Assembly (NCBI GenBank): GCA_030704615.1
Contig: CM060732.1
Span: 57,722,001-57,786,000, forward strand
DNA length: 64,000 nucleotides
Direction of reading: 5' to 3'
From: Takakia lepidozioides
Taxonomy: Eukaryota; Plantae; Bryophyta
The position numbers and the translations under genes were made by a program. The notes beneath the pieces are model-generated. The model made no database searches. It saw only the letters and a program-made list of their open reading frames with translations, and had not been told where the DNA came from. Shown here piece by piece: positions 13,827 to 25,600 of this stretch. Numbering within the stretch: position 1 is the first letter of the stretch; every line of letters begins with the position of its first letter.

Positions 13827-15973
13827 TGTGTGTGTGTGTGTGACTTCAAATATAAGAGTGAACATATGACTGTGCATTGCAGGAAAGGAAGAGGGGCAGT
13901 GAGGTGCCATCAAGGAAGCACAACAAAAGAGAATCAAACAGAATTGGCATACAAGAGTTGGTCATGATGAGCCAAGGTGTGGCACTGGATACTGTGTCAA
14001 TGGCACCTGAGAGGCACGTGAGAGGAGGATTCCAAGTGCATGGAGATGGAACTCAGGAACCCATAACAGGTGCTGAAAGCAGAATAAGTCTGCTGGCTTC
14101 ACCACGGAGAGAAGCTGGCGAGAGAGAAGCCAGCCAATCAAGTAAAGGTTTGAAGAAAGAGAACTCTCATCATGAAGTACTGCAACAAAGAGGAAAGGAA
14201 ACTGCTGGGAAGCAGCAGCGATTTGGTCCGATTTACCGACCGCCAAGCGCTCGTGACTCAGTTGATGATAATGACTCCAACAAAGATTCTGAAGAGTTAA
14301 ACTCAAGTTTACAATATCTGACATTATCCACCAGGCAAGCCGATCCGCTACCTCCACCTGGTAGCCCCACTCCATTGTCACCTGCTCCAGCAGGTTTTTC
14401 ACAGTTCCGTGGGGGCCTGGCTGGTGGTCCTCGAGCAACAAAAGGTAGAGGTGGTGTCTCCCCAGTGATAAATACTATGCACAATGAGCGCCATGTTCAA
14501 TGGGTTGAGACACATGTGAAGGTGCCAACCCTCCCTTCTGAGAGCCTGGGTATAAAAGTCACTTTTGACACAGCAAATCAGGTCCGCCACATTGAGTACT
14601 CAGATCCAGCCACAATTGTAGTCACAGTCTCAGAGCGTGGACGAACATCCAGGGTTGTTAGTCATGGCGCTCCCGTGTTCGGTATAGGTACAGGTAGAAA
14701 CAACCAGCAGATGGATACCAATTTTGCGGAGAATCCAAGCACTCCAGTAGCAGGACTGTTTCACAAAGTTTTACCTTCAGGAGTTGCTGGAGATGTGCCT
14801 TCCGGGTTCCAGTTCAAGGCAACTCCAACTGCCTCACATATTGGCAATGGTGCAGGGATGGGGGGAAGAGGGATGAAGCCTGCAGGCACCGTGGATAGAA
14901 GCAAGGAGATAAGACCTACTGGAATTAAGAACCAGGATAGAGAACCTGGTATGGTGCCTTCAAGAGAAGGGAAAACACGCCCCTACGTGAAGTTAGGCCC
15001 TTCTGCTAAGGTGGAAAGGGGGACACTTGCAGAGGGGATGTCGAGTGTGAGAAGAGAGGCAGAGTTAATCAAAGGTGTGGAGAGGCTGCATGTGAATCCT
15101 AATGGTCAACGGAACGAACTCCCTTGGGTAGATCCCCCTGAGCTAGATGGAGTAAGAGGAGGGGTGGCCCTGAGACTGGTAGAAAATCGTCCCCCCCGGG
15201 TAGTGGTTGGGGAAAGAGGAGCTAATCCCATCACTGCTCATATAAAGTGGGGGGATGTGGAGGACTCTCCTGAGGTTCAGGAAAGCCTGCCTCACTGGAG
15301 AACTCCCCATAATGAGGGGAGGGGTTTAGTTTCTCATATTGCTGATGTTCTGGAGGCTACAAGTGGGTCGATTAGCCATGGCAGAAGCAAACCAAACATT
15401 GGGCAAGAGGTACAGGAGGACTCAGGTAGTCTCAAGGGCTCCTTTCACCCTGGCCCTATTAGAGGGCACCATAGCCCAGGGTCCTCAGGGCCTAGAAAGA
15501 GGGAGAGTCGGGACAGTAATCCCTGCCAGCCAGGCAAGGTACACTCAGAAGAGATCAACAACATTCCACAAGTGCCAATCCCCCTAGCTGCTGAGACACA
15601 TGTACGGAAGAGTGTCTGGGAAAGGCTTGGTCCCCAGATAGGGATAGGGAACTCTGTTCCCCGCGCTTCATCAGCTGTGGCTTGTCCCCCACTACGAACT
15701 TTTGATGCTGAGGTAGATCTGCCGAGAGATGGCAGCACTGGCTCCAGTGCCAAGGTTAGGGACGATACGAGGGGTTTCGACACAATGGTGCACAATGGCC
15801 TGGCACTTAAGGGCAGACGGCATGTGGCGGACTATGTGGAAGGGACTACTGCAGAAACAGATCTCTCTTTTAGTAATGGAGAAGACGGGGAAGGTTTAAC
15901 TAGCAAAGACATGAAACAGAAGCGTAGTAAAATGATGCTTTATGTGCCACGTCGTGGCTCTCATGGTCCTTGA
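3071..15973 (+). CDS. Uncharacterised, largely intrinsically disordered protein, ~1,221 aa, 4 coding exons
   Basis: Exons 3071-4249 (AAA|GTAAGT), 4528-4806 (CTGCAG|; ATT|GTAAGC), 5087-5203 (TGGCAG|; CAG|GTACAG) and 13883-15973 (TTGCAG|GAA..TGA). All three introns are phase 0 and the frame stays open. Intron 3 (5204-13882) holds the LINE array. A short helical/coiled-coil segment RIDLHHQFVREIVKIQQDRDQYEKQW spans exons 2-3. No recognisable domain. Confidence 0.7.
3098..3391 (+). repeat. In-frame tandem duplication, 2 x 147 bp (49 aa)
   Basis: GEEAAGVSGGRSGS[A/V]IEEPGVEGEKPE[G/C]DDAAGALAEEEMLGRKGKGDC occurs twice; units start near 3098 and 3245. Confidence 0.95.
5285..6510 (-). mobile_element. 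5'-truncated LINE copy (C-terminal half of RT) with degenerate 3'-end fragments
   Basis: 5415-6510 is nearly identical to 6865-7968 (LMFADD motif, C-terminal CPLC). Two degenerate 3'-end motifs lie at ~5285-5410. Confidence 0.9.
6511..10960 (-). mobile_element. Near full-length non-LTR retrotransposon (APE endonuclease + RT + C-terminal Cys/His motif), RTE-X-like
   Basis: APE motifs LATFN, QETW, GDFN and SDH. RT motifs FLDVKKAYDTVWRDGLW, QGCTLSPLLF and LMFADD. C-terminal CPLC..EDSIHFLIHC. A single ORF is broken by two 1-bp frameshifts (~9652, ~8197). The 5' end abuts (TC)n at 10960-10990. The clade assignment is from motif resemblance only. Confidence 0.9.
10190..10540 (-). repeat. Three ~120-129 bp repeats in the LINE N-terminal region
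   Basis: FGTLNGLPILKVYTRR(T/A)xSxHGVxVP is repeated three times in ORF 9579..11006. Confidence 0.9.
10995..12003 (-). mobile_element. Cluster of short LINE 3'-end copies separated by (GA)n/(GT)n tracts
   Basis: The terminal motif (plus strand TGTACTCATAAGAC..GCC.TAGCCTTGTGGCCATTGACCCC) recurs at ~11000, 11418, 11557 and 11827; the copy at 11981 keeps only the last ~20 bp. Confidence 0.9.
11898..11980. repeat. (GA)n microsatellite, ~41 units
   Basis: Seen directly. Other GA/GT tracts lie at 10960-10990, 11340-11380, 11810-11826 and 13798-13842. Confidence 0.97.
12004..12657. mobile_element. ~650-bp non-coding insertion with GGAACC/CCGG subterminal-type repeats (MITE or DNA-transposon remnant)
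   Basis: It interrupts the 3' end of the LINE copy at 12660-13796. Clustered ACCGGAACCG motifs occur at 12495-12630 around an AT-rich core. No clear TIRs were found. Confidence 0.45.
12660..13796 (-). mobile_element. 5'-truncated LINE copy
   Basis: Nearly identical to the 3' ~1.1 kb of the long copy. The 5' junction is at the (TC)n tract starting at 13798. Confidence 0.92.
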
Positions 15974-17105
15974 AGCTATGGTTCATGTAAAATTCCAAGC
16001 TCATTCTCGAGACTTCTTGCAGTCGCCAACTGTTAGGATTTATTAAAGGTACCGCGTCTTATTTCCTGTTAACATATTTGTTAAGATATTTAGGTATTAG
16101 CTATGGCTTTTATATAGGGAGGAAGGGCATTCAGGATGGAAGATGGTAGCGGGAGAAGAGGGGCCAGTGTATGAATCAGCAATGAATGGAGGGGGTGGAT
16201 GTTCAAGCTGCATCATATATTTTTAGGTGAGATTGTTTCTGCAACTCACTCAGATCCTGGTTGACTTTGTTTGCAGTTGCAGGTTTCTCTCGTAAAGGAG
16301 ACTCCTTACGGGCTCCTGCCTGTGGGGCACAAAGCTCTATGCCTTAGGGAAGGTATGCATCAACAAAGGATTGCGTCATACAGGCTAGATTTGTACGCAA
16401 CTTGAGTTTGCTTTGTTGAAAAACAGGGTACAAGAAGATTTGTGTTGAGCTACCTTAATCAAAGCTCACTTGTAGCCCTAACAGTGTGGCTTTATAAGCT
16501 TTTACTTGCAGCACATGTAAGAGGATTTGGACCATCCCCCTACATGGTCCTTGTACAGAGACAATGAGAAATTGTGATAGACCCTAGACAACGGCTTCTC
16601 ACTCATGAGTTGATGTTGGGTATCCACCTGAGCTTGACATAGATGTGACAATGTAGGATGCATGGTCACTTGTCTAGTGAATTTTGAAGTTGAATTTCAT
16701 CACTGGTTGGTGAGATAACTCGTCTCTGGTTTTAGAGTGAGGAAAACCTTGTACAAACACTTCAGCGAATGCAGCCACCCTCTTTGCAAGAGATGTTAAT
16801 ACCAGTCTGTAGAGAAATGATCCGTTCATGTAAAAGAATTGACGTCCATAATCTCGATGGTTCATCCTCACATGAACCACCATTCCTGTGATTGAAACTC
16901 ACTTGTGCCAGAAGCTTGGCCTGAATTTCGACATACATGTCAACCCAGGCACAAGTATTCCAGCTGCTCAATCATTCATCATGGTAGTTGTGGTTGTTAT
17001 CATCGTTATGTCAGGTCAGTCAGGCCCACTGCTTCAATGGTGAAAGACACACCTTTAGACCTGTATTCTACACAAACAGGCTTCTTGGCAGAGAGTTGTT
17101 GGGAG

Positions 17106-18065
17106 TTAGGCATACGATCCATGTGGTCTGGCTGCTTCTCGCAGGCTTCGCAGCTGCAAAGCTTCACTATGGGCAAGCACCAGGTCTTCCACGCTTTTCC
17201 GAATGCCTGCGCAAATATATGGGATCGCCAGAACAGAAAATGGCTCCTCAATCAGCATTCCAACCTCATCAATACAAAACACCACTCCCCACCCACACTG
17301 ATCCCATAGAGCTAATGGCAGTGCCATATGCCAGACGACCAAGAAGTGTGACGTCAAGTGCGTGTATGCCAAGGGCAGGGGAGTGTGGAACAAGCGCTCA
17401 CATGCCCCCAGATTGTCATGGAACTGGGTCATGTTGCCGTCCATGAGAGCCCTCTCCATGTCGGTCAGACGCGAGGTATGTATCACCTCTGACATGACCT
17501 GCAACACATAGTTGGGGCGATGTGCTGCCCCCAGCATAGCTATTAACTCCATCTGCTAAAGCAACCCTGCCAGCTCCACCTTCAAGTCAGGCTCCCCACG
17601 TATTAGGTGATCTTTCATGCAATATGAGAATGCTACGGCATGCCTCAAAAAACACTGAAGCCTGTGGGCATCTCCCTGGCTTTGAATCCATGCCAAGGCT
17701 TGCCGGCAAATATCTCTTGTTCTGTTAACATTTGATCCCCATAGCTTTCTTGCCTCGTCAAACCTACCATAGCAAGCATTTGTGCGAAAAGCTAGCAACA
17801 AGATCAGTGCTGAAGCTGTGAAGGGCAAAGGAGCTTGTGAGATATGAACCATAACAACCCATGGGGGAAGCCTTTTTGCCAATACAGTGTCGTTGAAAGT
17901 TGCAACTGCTACAGCAAATGCTGTGAAGAAGAAAACTGGCGGCCCGAGTAATGAGAATGAAAGAGAGATCAAGTAACGATAGTGCCGTGTATAGCTACGG
18001 TGCAAAATCCAGTCATTGTTATTGTACACTGTGCGCCGGATTAGCATAGTTTCATCCTCAATCAT
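17106..18065 (-). pseudogene. Voltage-dependent chloride channel VCCN / bestrophin-like (UPF0187) pseudogene, intronless over this region
   Basis: RRTVY..W..HRS..RH, LLLAFRTNACYGRFDEARKLWG, HRPNY, GACERL..TPLPLAYT and CIDEVG..IEEPF match thylakoid bestrophin-like channels. An in-frame TAG at 17556-17558 joins ORFs 17556..18065 and 17106..17552 (same frame). There are apparent deletions in transmembrane segments. Confidence 0.8.
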
Positions 18066-19367
18066 TTGTGTTGCAATGTGTGTCAGATGCCTCCCAACCT
18101 GCCTGTGTATGATTTTTCCTTGCTGCTCCTTTTTCCTGGCATAACTCTACTGTCCATGTTTCCACATTCTGCTCCTCGGTTTCGGTATCACTGACGTTTC
18201 TCAGAATAAAATTTTCAGTTTTCTAAAAGCCCCTTGTAGGGAGCTTTGGCTTTTCATATAACCATTGCAAGGTGAAAGGGATGACCACCATGAGGTGCGA
18301 ACCCCAACAGGTGCAGCCTTTCAGATCACAACCTTTCATCTTGTTTATTACCTGTGCCAGTGGCCCATAGATATTTAATCAAGCACCAGCCTCATAGTTA
18401 CAATCTGATTTCACAGGTCGCCATTGTTTGATGATGTCATGGTTGCCGGTTGAAGCTGGTCATTGAATGCAGTTGTAGTGAGTGTGTTCCATACCTTTCC
18501 ATAAGATCATGGAGAGAACAAATGTGGACTGTGTTTGTCCACTTGCAATTGCCTACATCTTGCAGCTGACACTCTCCCCCTGCTGCCGCTCGCCTGTAGA
18601 CATGATGGCAAATTTATCACCCACATTACATGTTCATCCACTGAGGTGGGGCCCGAATTAGGTGGGAATTGGGAGGACCCAAGGATGAACCACTGGGTCC
18701 TTTACACTGGCCTTACACACATCTTAGAAACTGAGATCTTACAATCCAGAATGATTCATTGTCTGTTAGCTGAGGCCAACCTGAAGTCCTCAAGTGTATG
18801 ATGCTGACACTGCCACTGTTCTGACTGAGTGAGAAGTCCTTAGGATGGAATGGGTCCCACTCAATCATGAAGCAAATAACTCTGACTACCCAATGGCTGG
18901 AAGGTATCCCCTCAAAGTAATAAACGATAACCATCAATCAATAATCAAACTGTGAATGCAGAATGAGTATCTTGTGAACATCTAGTGCTTAATGCTACTT
19001 CAGCGTGTCTACATAGAAGTGCCAGACTACACAACTGTGGATTGCTTGGTTGAATGGAGCTGTCAATAACAGATATCTACATCTGGTGTGTGTGTGTGTG
19101 ATCCATGTACCCCCCTCCCAATATTTTATCTTGAAGTTTTGTTCTCAAATTAGTACTAGGCATCTGAACGTACATTTTGGCTACATTTTCCATTTGTCCT
19201 TTCATTGGATGGTTCAGGTTCCATAGAAACTAAGCCAGAGGTGCATGATAATAAAATCACAGTGGGTTCTCATAATAGTTCACACAACAGTATTTCCAAT
19301 GCTCTGAGCATATAATCATACAGTGGCACTGGTCAAAATAATGAGAATACTTTCTCAAATGGCTTTT

Positions 19368-19618
19368 TATATACACCTGTAAGTCAGTGGTTGTAAATTT
19401 CCACTCTCAATGCAGTCTTTTGCCTGATAATGCACCAACCACAGCAGGTGAAAGTAGGAGTTCCTCCTTCAGTACAAACCCTCCCCTATTTAACTATATA
19501 CACCTGTAAGTCAGTGGTTGTGTATTTCCACTCTCAATGCAGTCTTTCGCCTGATAACGCACCAACCACAGCAGGTGAAAGTAGGAGTTCCTCCTTCAGT
19601 ATAAACCCTCCCCTATTT
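19368..19618. repeat. Tandem duplication, 2 x ~127 bp, downstream of the glyoxalase-like gene
   Basis: TATACACCTGTAAGTCAGTGGTTGT...AAACCCTCCCCTATTT occurs twice with a few substitutions. Confidence 0.92.
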
Positions 19619-19724
19619 TTCAAGAGACATCTTACATTATATACCAAGATACCTTGCCTTCCATGGTGGAGAGAATCCTGTCATCGAAGTATAGTAGGCA
19701 AGGATCAAAGGACGGTCCTCCTAA

Positions 19725-21940
19725 TCAGCCTTGGGCAAACTCCAAGGCATTGCTATCAGGGTCCCTTGCAAACACAGCCGGCCTTCCCGACATGCTTGAT
19801 GTGTAGGGGATACCTGCCAGCAAGCACACCCAGCCACAGTTTTTGTTTTCATGAAAGCTGTACCCAAGTCTCTGTTCTACACAGTACTCAGTGAATTCCA
19901 GAGTTGTCAAAACCAGGTTGTGACAACAACCACAAACATTGCAGTCCAGAGACCATCCATTAAAACCAAAGGAATGGAGTCACCTTTATCATCCAGCAGT
20001 CAGTCTTTGGAAGAAGAGCAAAAAAACATGCACTGACATTTCCTGCACAGTACTGGCTTTGCTAGTCGTACAGGATATGCCCCATAAAGCAATAAACCTG
20101 CCTCAAAGTGGGGCTGTAGGCAAGGAGTGCGAGGGAGGGGAGACAAATGGCCAATGAACTGCTGGTTCCTTCATCCTACTTCTCCTAACAGAAGTAAACC
20201 ACCAGTTAACAATTCAATCTCAGGAAACATACCAGCTTTGTCTAAAACAGCTTTCAGCTTGCTCACGTCCTTAATGGCCACACACGCATGGCGGTCACGG
20301 CCACCATGGTTAGGGCGCCCTGTCTTAGGGTCTGGGTTGGGTAGCTCCATCAAGTGAATCATCTGAGGCCCCACATTCAACCAGGCCCCCCGGTACGGCA
20401 GCTTGTCGTTTGGTCGGTTGGGATTGATTTCAAGGCCTATTAACCACAATGTTTTTCAGTCAGTGGATTCATATCTGGATCCAGGTTCAGGAGCTCTACC
20501 TGCAACTGTGGTTGTGACAAATTTCAAGGCCTAGTATTGAATTAATCGCTACCATCTCCATCATCAGTCAGTCATCAACAGGGCGAACATAAGTGCAAAC
20601 CAATGAGCCACAGTTGCATGGCAATGATCCACAGGTACAATTTACTTATTTATTGCGAGAAAATCTCTACAAATCAAGACAGCCCAGCTAAAATGAGAAA
20701 GACAATCACGACCACATATGACCACAAAACAGGCTAGATTAATGAGTGACAACACATACCCAATATACCACAGTAAAATTCAAGTGCCCTCTCCACATCC
20801 TCGCAGAGTAGACCAACATGATGCACGCCACTGAATTCAAGAGCTGATCCCATCACGAAACCATTTGAGTTAATCTTCTTTCCAATACATGGCACAGACC
20901 CAGTACACGAGTACACTCCACAATCTGGCAGGTAAAACTACATGATCATAGCCAGCCAACTACAGGTTACTTTTCTCTGCAATCCAGAGAGGGCCATTGC
21001 TTTAGGTTTGGTTTTCATCACCAGGGCCAAAATATCATAGCAATACTCTGAGAAAGGCTTTCCATTCTCCTATGAACTACCAATCTTCTTTCTCTGCCAG
21101 TGGGGCCACAATCACATCATGTTAAGATAATTGCTCTCTGTCATGTCATTTTCCTTCCTCACCCCGTTGCTCTCTCACAAAAAGAAGTGAAAGCAGCCAA
21201 TCGACGGAATACCTGTGGAATCTGATACTACATCCTCATCACTTCTCTCCTCCTGCACTGCCGAAGATGCTTGAACTGAAGCTAACTTCCAACTCTCTGA
21301 GCCAAGTCGGGCAGCAGAATACACATCTAACCGCTGCGGTCCACTTCTCCAAGCCAGCTTCGAAGATGCACCCAACGTTGTTTTATTTGGTTTCTGTTAT
21401 CAGCACATCCAACCCAGATACACGTTCACATAAATCCTCATTGCCACGCTTCTTTTGAACTGGCAAACGCGTAATAACCTATTTTGTTTTCAAACGTGAA
21501 AAAATCGACACAACATCAGTGTCTTTCGAAACTTCAACTCAAGTTTGACCGTATCATTCTGCGAGGAATTTCTACAATACGGCACCAAACTGCAGGAGAG
21601 CTTCCAGAGCCTTCAATCCCACATTCTTCATCATATGTAGCGGATTCATAGGGCTTAGATGCAGTATTTCCCAATTGGCGACAATTGCCACTTTCGCAAA
21701 CCTAAAGAGAAAATCCATTCGCTTAAAGCTACGGTCGTATGTATTGGCTGCTTTACAAATTCCCATGTGACATCATTGCAACAAAAAAATTCAACACAAA
21801 AATCTTCAACACGAGCTGTTCAATCACAAACACCACACGCTAGAACCTAGAATGCCGGAGAGCAATACCAAGCACACCACCGCGTCAGGAAGATAAACTG
21901 GCGCACAGTTCGTCCACATGGCCCCAGCCATGCTCCCCAT
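19725..21940 (-). CDS. Glyoxalase I-like / VOC family protein, probably chloroplast-targeted
   Basis: Exons ~21940-21881 (start exon, donor uncertain), 21393-21213, 20843-20760, 20436-20233 and 19813-19725. Motifs HHVGLLCEDVERALEFY, LPYRGAWL..G.QMIHLMELPNPDP..GRP.HGGRDRHAC and SGRPAVFARDPD.NALEF. Confidence 0.88.
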
Positions 21941-22260
21941 TTCTTCCCCTTTTCAGATGTCGACACACTACAATTCTTCCACAACAATTCCTTGCAGACC
22001 CCGACCAATAAAGATGCCTGCTGAGAATCGAAGAAGAGCACCTCCAAGGTGCCCCCACTTCGTCTTTACTCTGGCAACGGACGAATATCGTTTCTGCTCG
22101 CGACGAACGACTGGGTCCCGGAAACGGACAGAAATAGGTTTCGTTCGCCAGCCCCCGACGACGAAACAGTTGCGACTAAGCCGTCAACGGTAACTAACTT
22201 CTGTACCATAGCTTACTCGTAAACAACGAGATGTAAAGTTTGGCGTTTGTAAAAGAAATC

Positions 22261-22269
22261 CACGTGGCG
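22261..22269. promoter_or_regulatory. G-box/ABRE (CACGTGGC) in the short divergent intergenic region
   Basis: CCACGTGGC lies between the glyoxalase-like start (21940, minus strand) and the start at 22687 (plus strand). Confidence 0.35.
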
Positions 22270-22686
22270 TCCCCGTTGGCCTGGCCCTTACTAAATCATC
22301 CAGTCTCAACTACTAGTTCGAACGGATCATCCATAATTGTTTCATTCATCTGTGTAGTTCGTCCAACGGTCATCCCCGTCTCGAGCCACTCTGTCTCGCT
22401 CGCACGGCATCATTCTCCAAACAGTGACCTCACAGATTCAATTCTTTTGGTTTCTTTGTTATTTTGTGTTCTTGCTCACATATTTCCGAGGAAATCTTGC
22501 CTCATGCTGGTTTGGATCTTGGTTCATTCTTTGGCAACTTTCTGCACTCAAACTGCGTGCCCATTGCTGGATCTTGGTTCTCATTCTCTGAAAAGTTTTT
22601 CCAAGTTTTACAAGCTTACGTTTCCATCCAGTTGTTTGTCCACCTCCTTGCGATTAATAAGGCGAGATCTATTAGCCAAGAACTGA

Positions 22687-25600
22687 ATGGGAACAAAGAA
22701 GGTGGGACGGTCCGCCAACAATCTCTGCATGGCAGGTCGACAGCCTTTACAGGAACTGTCAAAGGAGTCGCGAAACAGACCTGGGTTGGCAGGAAGTCAG
22801 CTGCAGGAAAAAGCAGGTGAACATCTGTGCACGAGCCGGGTTGATATACACGAGGATCAGCCTGGGGTTGAGGGGACCAGCTCACTGTCCTCTGCAGAAA
22901 CCATTTCATCATCGGATGCAAGTGGAAGAGTGTATATCATCGAGAATGCCAGCCACAATTTTGTCACGAACAAGAAATCTGCAGGTATGCAGCAGTCCTA
23001 ATAGGGAATCTAGTGAATTGGTTGCACCATATTGCTGGAGGAGTGATGCAAGCATTCAAAGATTCAAGGCCAATTTCCACCTGGCATTAGACTTTGTTCG
23101 ACCAAATCGAAGTGATCTATGGTCTTATGATCATATATTGTAACAACGAGTTAAGACTATGGCAGTCCGAGACCAACTACCTTGTCGCAGATCCGAGCGT
23201 CCAAATCTTGGATCACTGAGGATTGCTCCCCCCCTCCCTATTTGGCCTTCTGATGCAAATGCTTAAATTCTATGTATGTTGTGAACCTGTGCTGTACAAA
23301 GCTTGCAGAGCCTAACCACCAGACTCTATCCACAGTAGATTGATCAATAGCACAGAGTTCTTAGAATTGGCCCATGGTTAGCTGAATATATTCAGACATT
23401 GGCTATGCAGACATCATGTTGGCCACAATGCCTGCTTGCTAGTGACAAGTGCCACAGAAAGTTTGCTGCAAAAACCATGTAATCATATCCCTTGCTTGGA
23501 CTGGCCCTGTCAAAGTCAGGGATTAGCTTGTCCCAGGTTATGGATGAACTGTGAATAGTAGCTGTGTGAAAGTTGTTCCCAGTGGTAGAGGGTATGAGAA
23601 CTTTAGGTGTCCTAATATGGTTTCAGCCCTTACTGTTGAAGAGAACCATAGTGCCAGATTGGTAATGTTGATTCAGGCTATCGCATATTATTGTTGTCAT
23701 GTTCAATGCCCAGCAGCAGTGTAACTAACAGCAGTGTAACTAAGTGGTTTGCAAGGGGATCCAAAAAGGATGTGGGCATCATGCTGGTGGACCAGTGTAG
23801 TTACAGCAATTTTAGCTATCAGACTTGATAGCAAGAAACTAATTGTACCACCAGCACTAACTCATTCATGAATTTCCTGCAGATAGTAATGCTGTCATGG
23901 CTGGTGAGAGCTGGAAAGGAGAACTCAATCTAGATACATGTTCCTCAAGATTTATTGATGTCAAAGAAGATTCCCAGGGGAAGTGTGGGGAAGTGATCAA
24001 GGAGCCCAGTACCCAACTATCCGTGGAAACTCGGAGACATATAGAGGTTCTCGCCCAGTATTCAGTTGAAGAGCAAAACACTGCCATGTCTTTGCGAAAC
24101 TCTCACCAGAACAAAGCACTAAGTCCAGATGTGGAAGCCTCTCTCCTATCACTCCCCAGCTCTTACATAATGTCTGTATCTTCACACCAGCAACTGTCTC
24201 TCTGCCCCAATTTCTGCAAGAAATCAACAGGCGTCACCCAAGGAGGGCTTGAAATACCAGGCCCATCCTTGATATCCTCTCTACCTACAGTTTCTACTTG
24301 TGATCAAAGCCAACAAACACCTTCCAACCAAGACTTTCCTGTTGATTGGGCAGGCTCCTTCTCTGCAATTTCGTCCAAAAACTTGGAGGCTGATATTCCA
24401 GACTTCATGGCGGCCATCTCACAGAAAATTGTCACTCTCTCAGAAGTTGCACAACAGAAAACAAAAGAAGGTGCCAGTGGGTTAAACAAAGTTCTTAGGG
24501 AAGGGTATGGAGAATACAGGCCTCATTCACAGAACGAGAGGGAGGGCTCCCTAGAGGGTGTCTCCAGGCAAAGAGAAAACAGCTCACCCAATCGGGAACC
24601 ATTCACTCCATTGAGGGAAGGATCAGATGAGTGGGCACACTGGTGGAGGAGTGTTGGCAGGGTCAAGGAAGAGCTGTCTTTAGTCATGGAACACTTACAG
24701 GTAACATGTTTCCAGTAAGCTACTTTTTCAATTTATAACTTTAAGCGTGGGGACAGATCGGCACCATTGTCAGGTACTGTCCCCTTTTGGCCTCCATACC
24801 TCAGGGGGCTACTGATGGGCAGGGCTCCCCTGTTCCTCAGAATATAAATGTCATGACTTATAGGTGTGGTTCTGAACAGTATATAATATCAACTATTTTA
24901 TGCTAGTGATCCACAGTTCAGTAGCTGACAGTTCAATCAAATAATGTCAATCGACACTCAATTTCCTGACATGTGATATAGTTGTCTGTGCATCAGTGCC
25001 ATGACAATCTTGAGCTGAGTTTTCTAGTAGGTGGATCCTACAGAAGATGTTTGTAGGAAAGAGTCAATTGGTGCACTTGCTCTCTCCCTCCTCTTCCCAG
25101 CCCAACTACACATGGCGGGGGGCTATAGCACTTGCAGGGCTTGAAAACTACCAGACTTGGAATGGAGTGGTAAACCAGTCAAGGTACTCCACTACGCATA
25201 CATTCTTAAGCAACCAAGGTCAAGGAGAAAGTGCTAATGCAAAAGGACTATCATATTTTGGAAAGGAGCCATGTGGTCACACAGAGAATGTAATCATGAA
25301 ACGCTGTTTCCTCTAGAAAGCCCTTCGCACAAGCATCAATCTGCTGTGTGTAATCTGCCCAACAGTTAGACCACAACAGTGCCAGGGCTTTGAGCTTAGC
25401 TCTGAAGAATTTTGAAAGTTGGTGAACAGAGGTGCAGGGACTATGTTCTTGATGTACCTGAAGAGGGTTGCTCTCTGATGTGAATACACCTGACATTGTA
25501 TCCAAAAATATTTTCTCTAGACTGCCCGTTCATTGGGCAAGAAGGCCGGTCTTGGAGCGTTTGGATAAAGGGTAGGAGAGCCTATTTCAAGGCCTGGACA

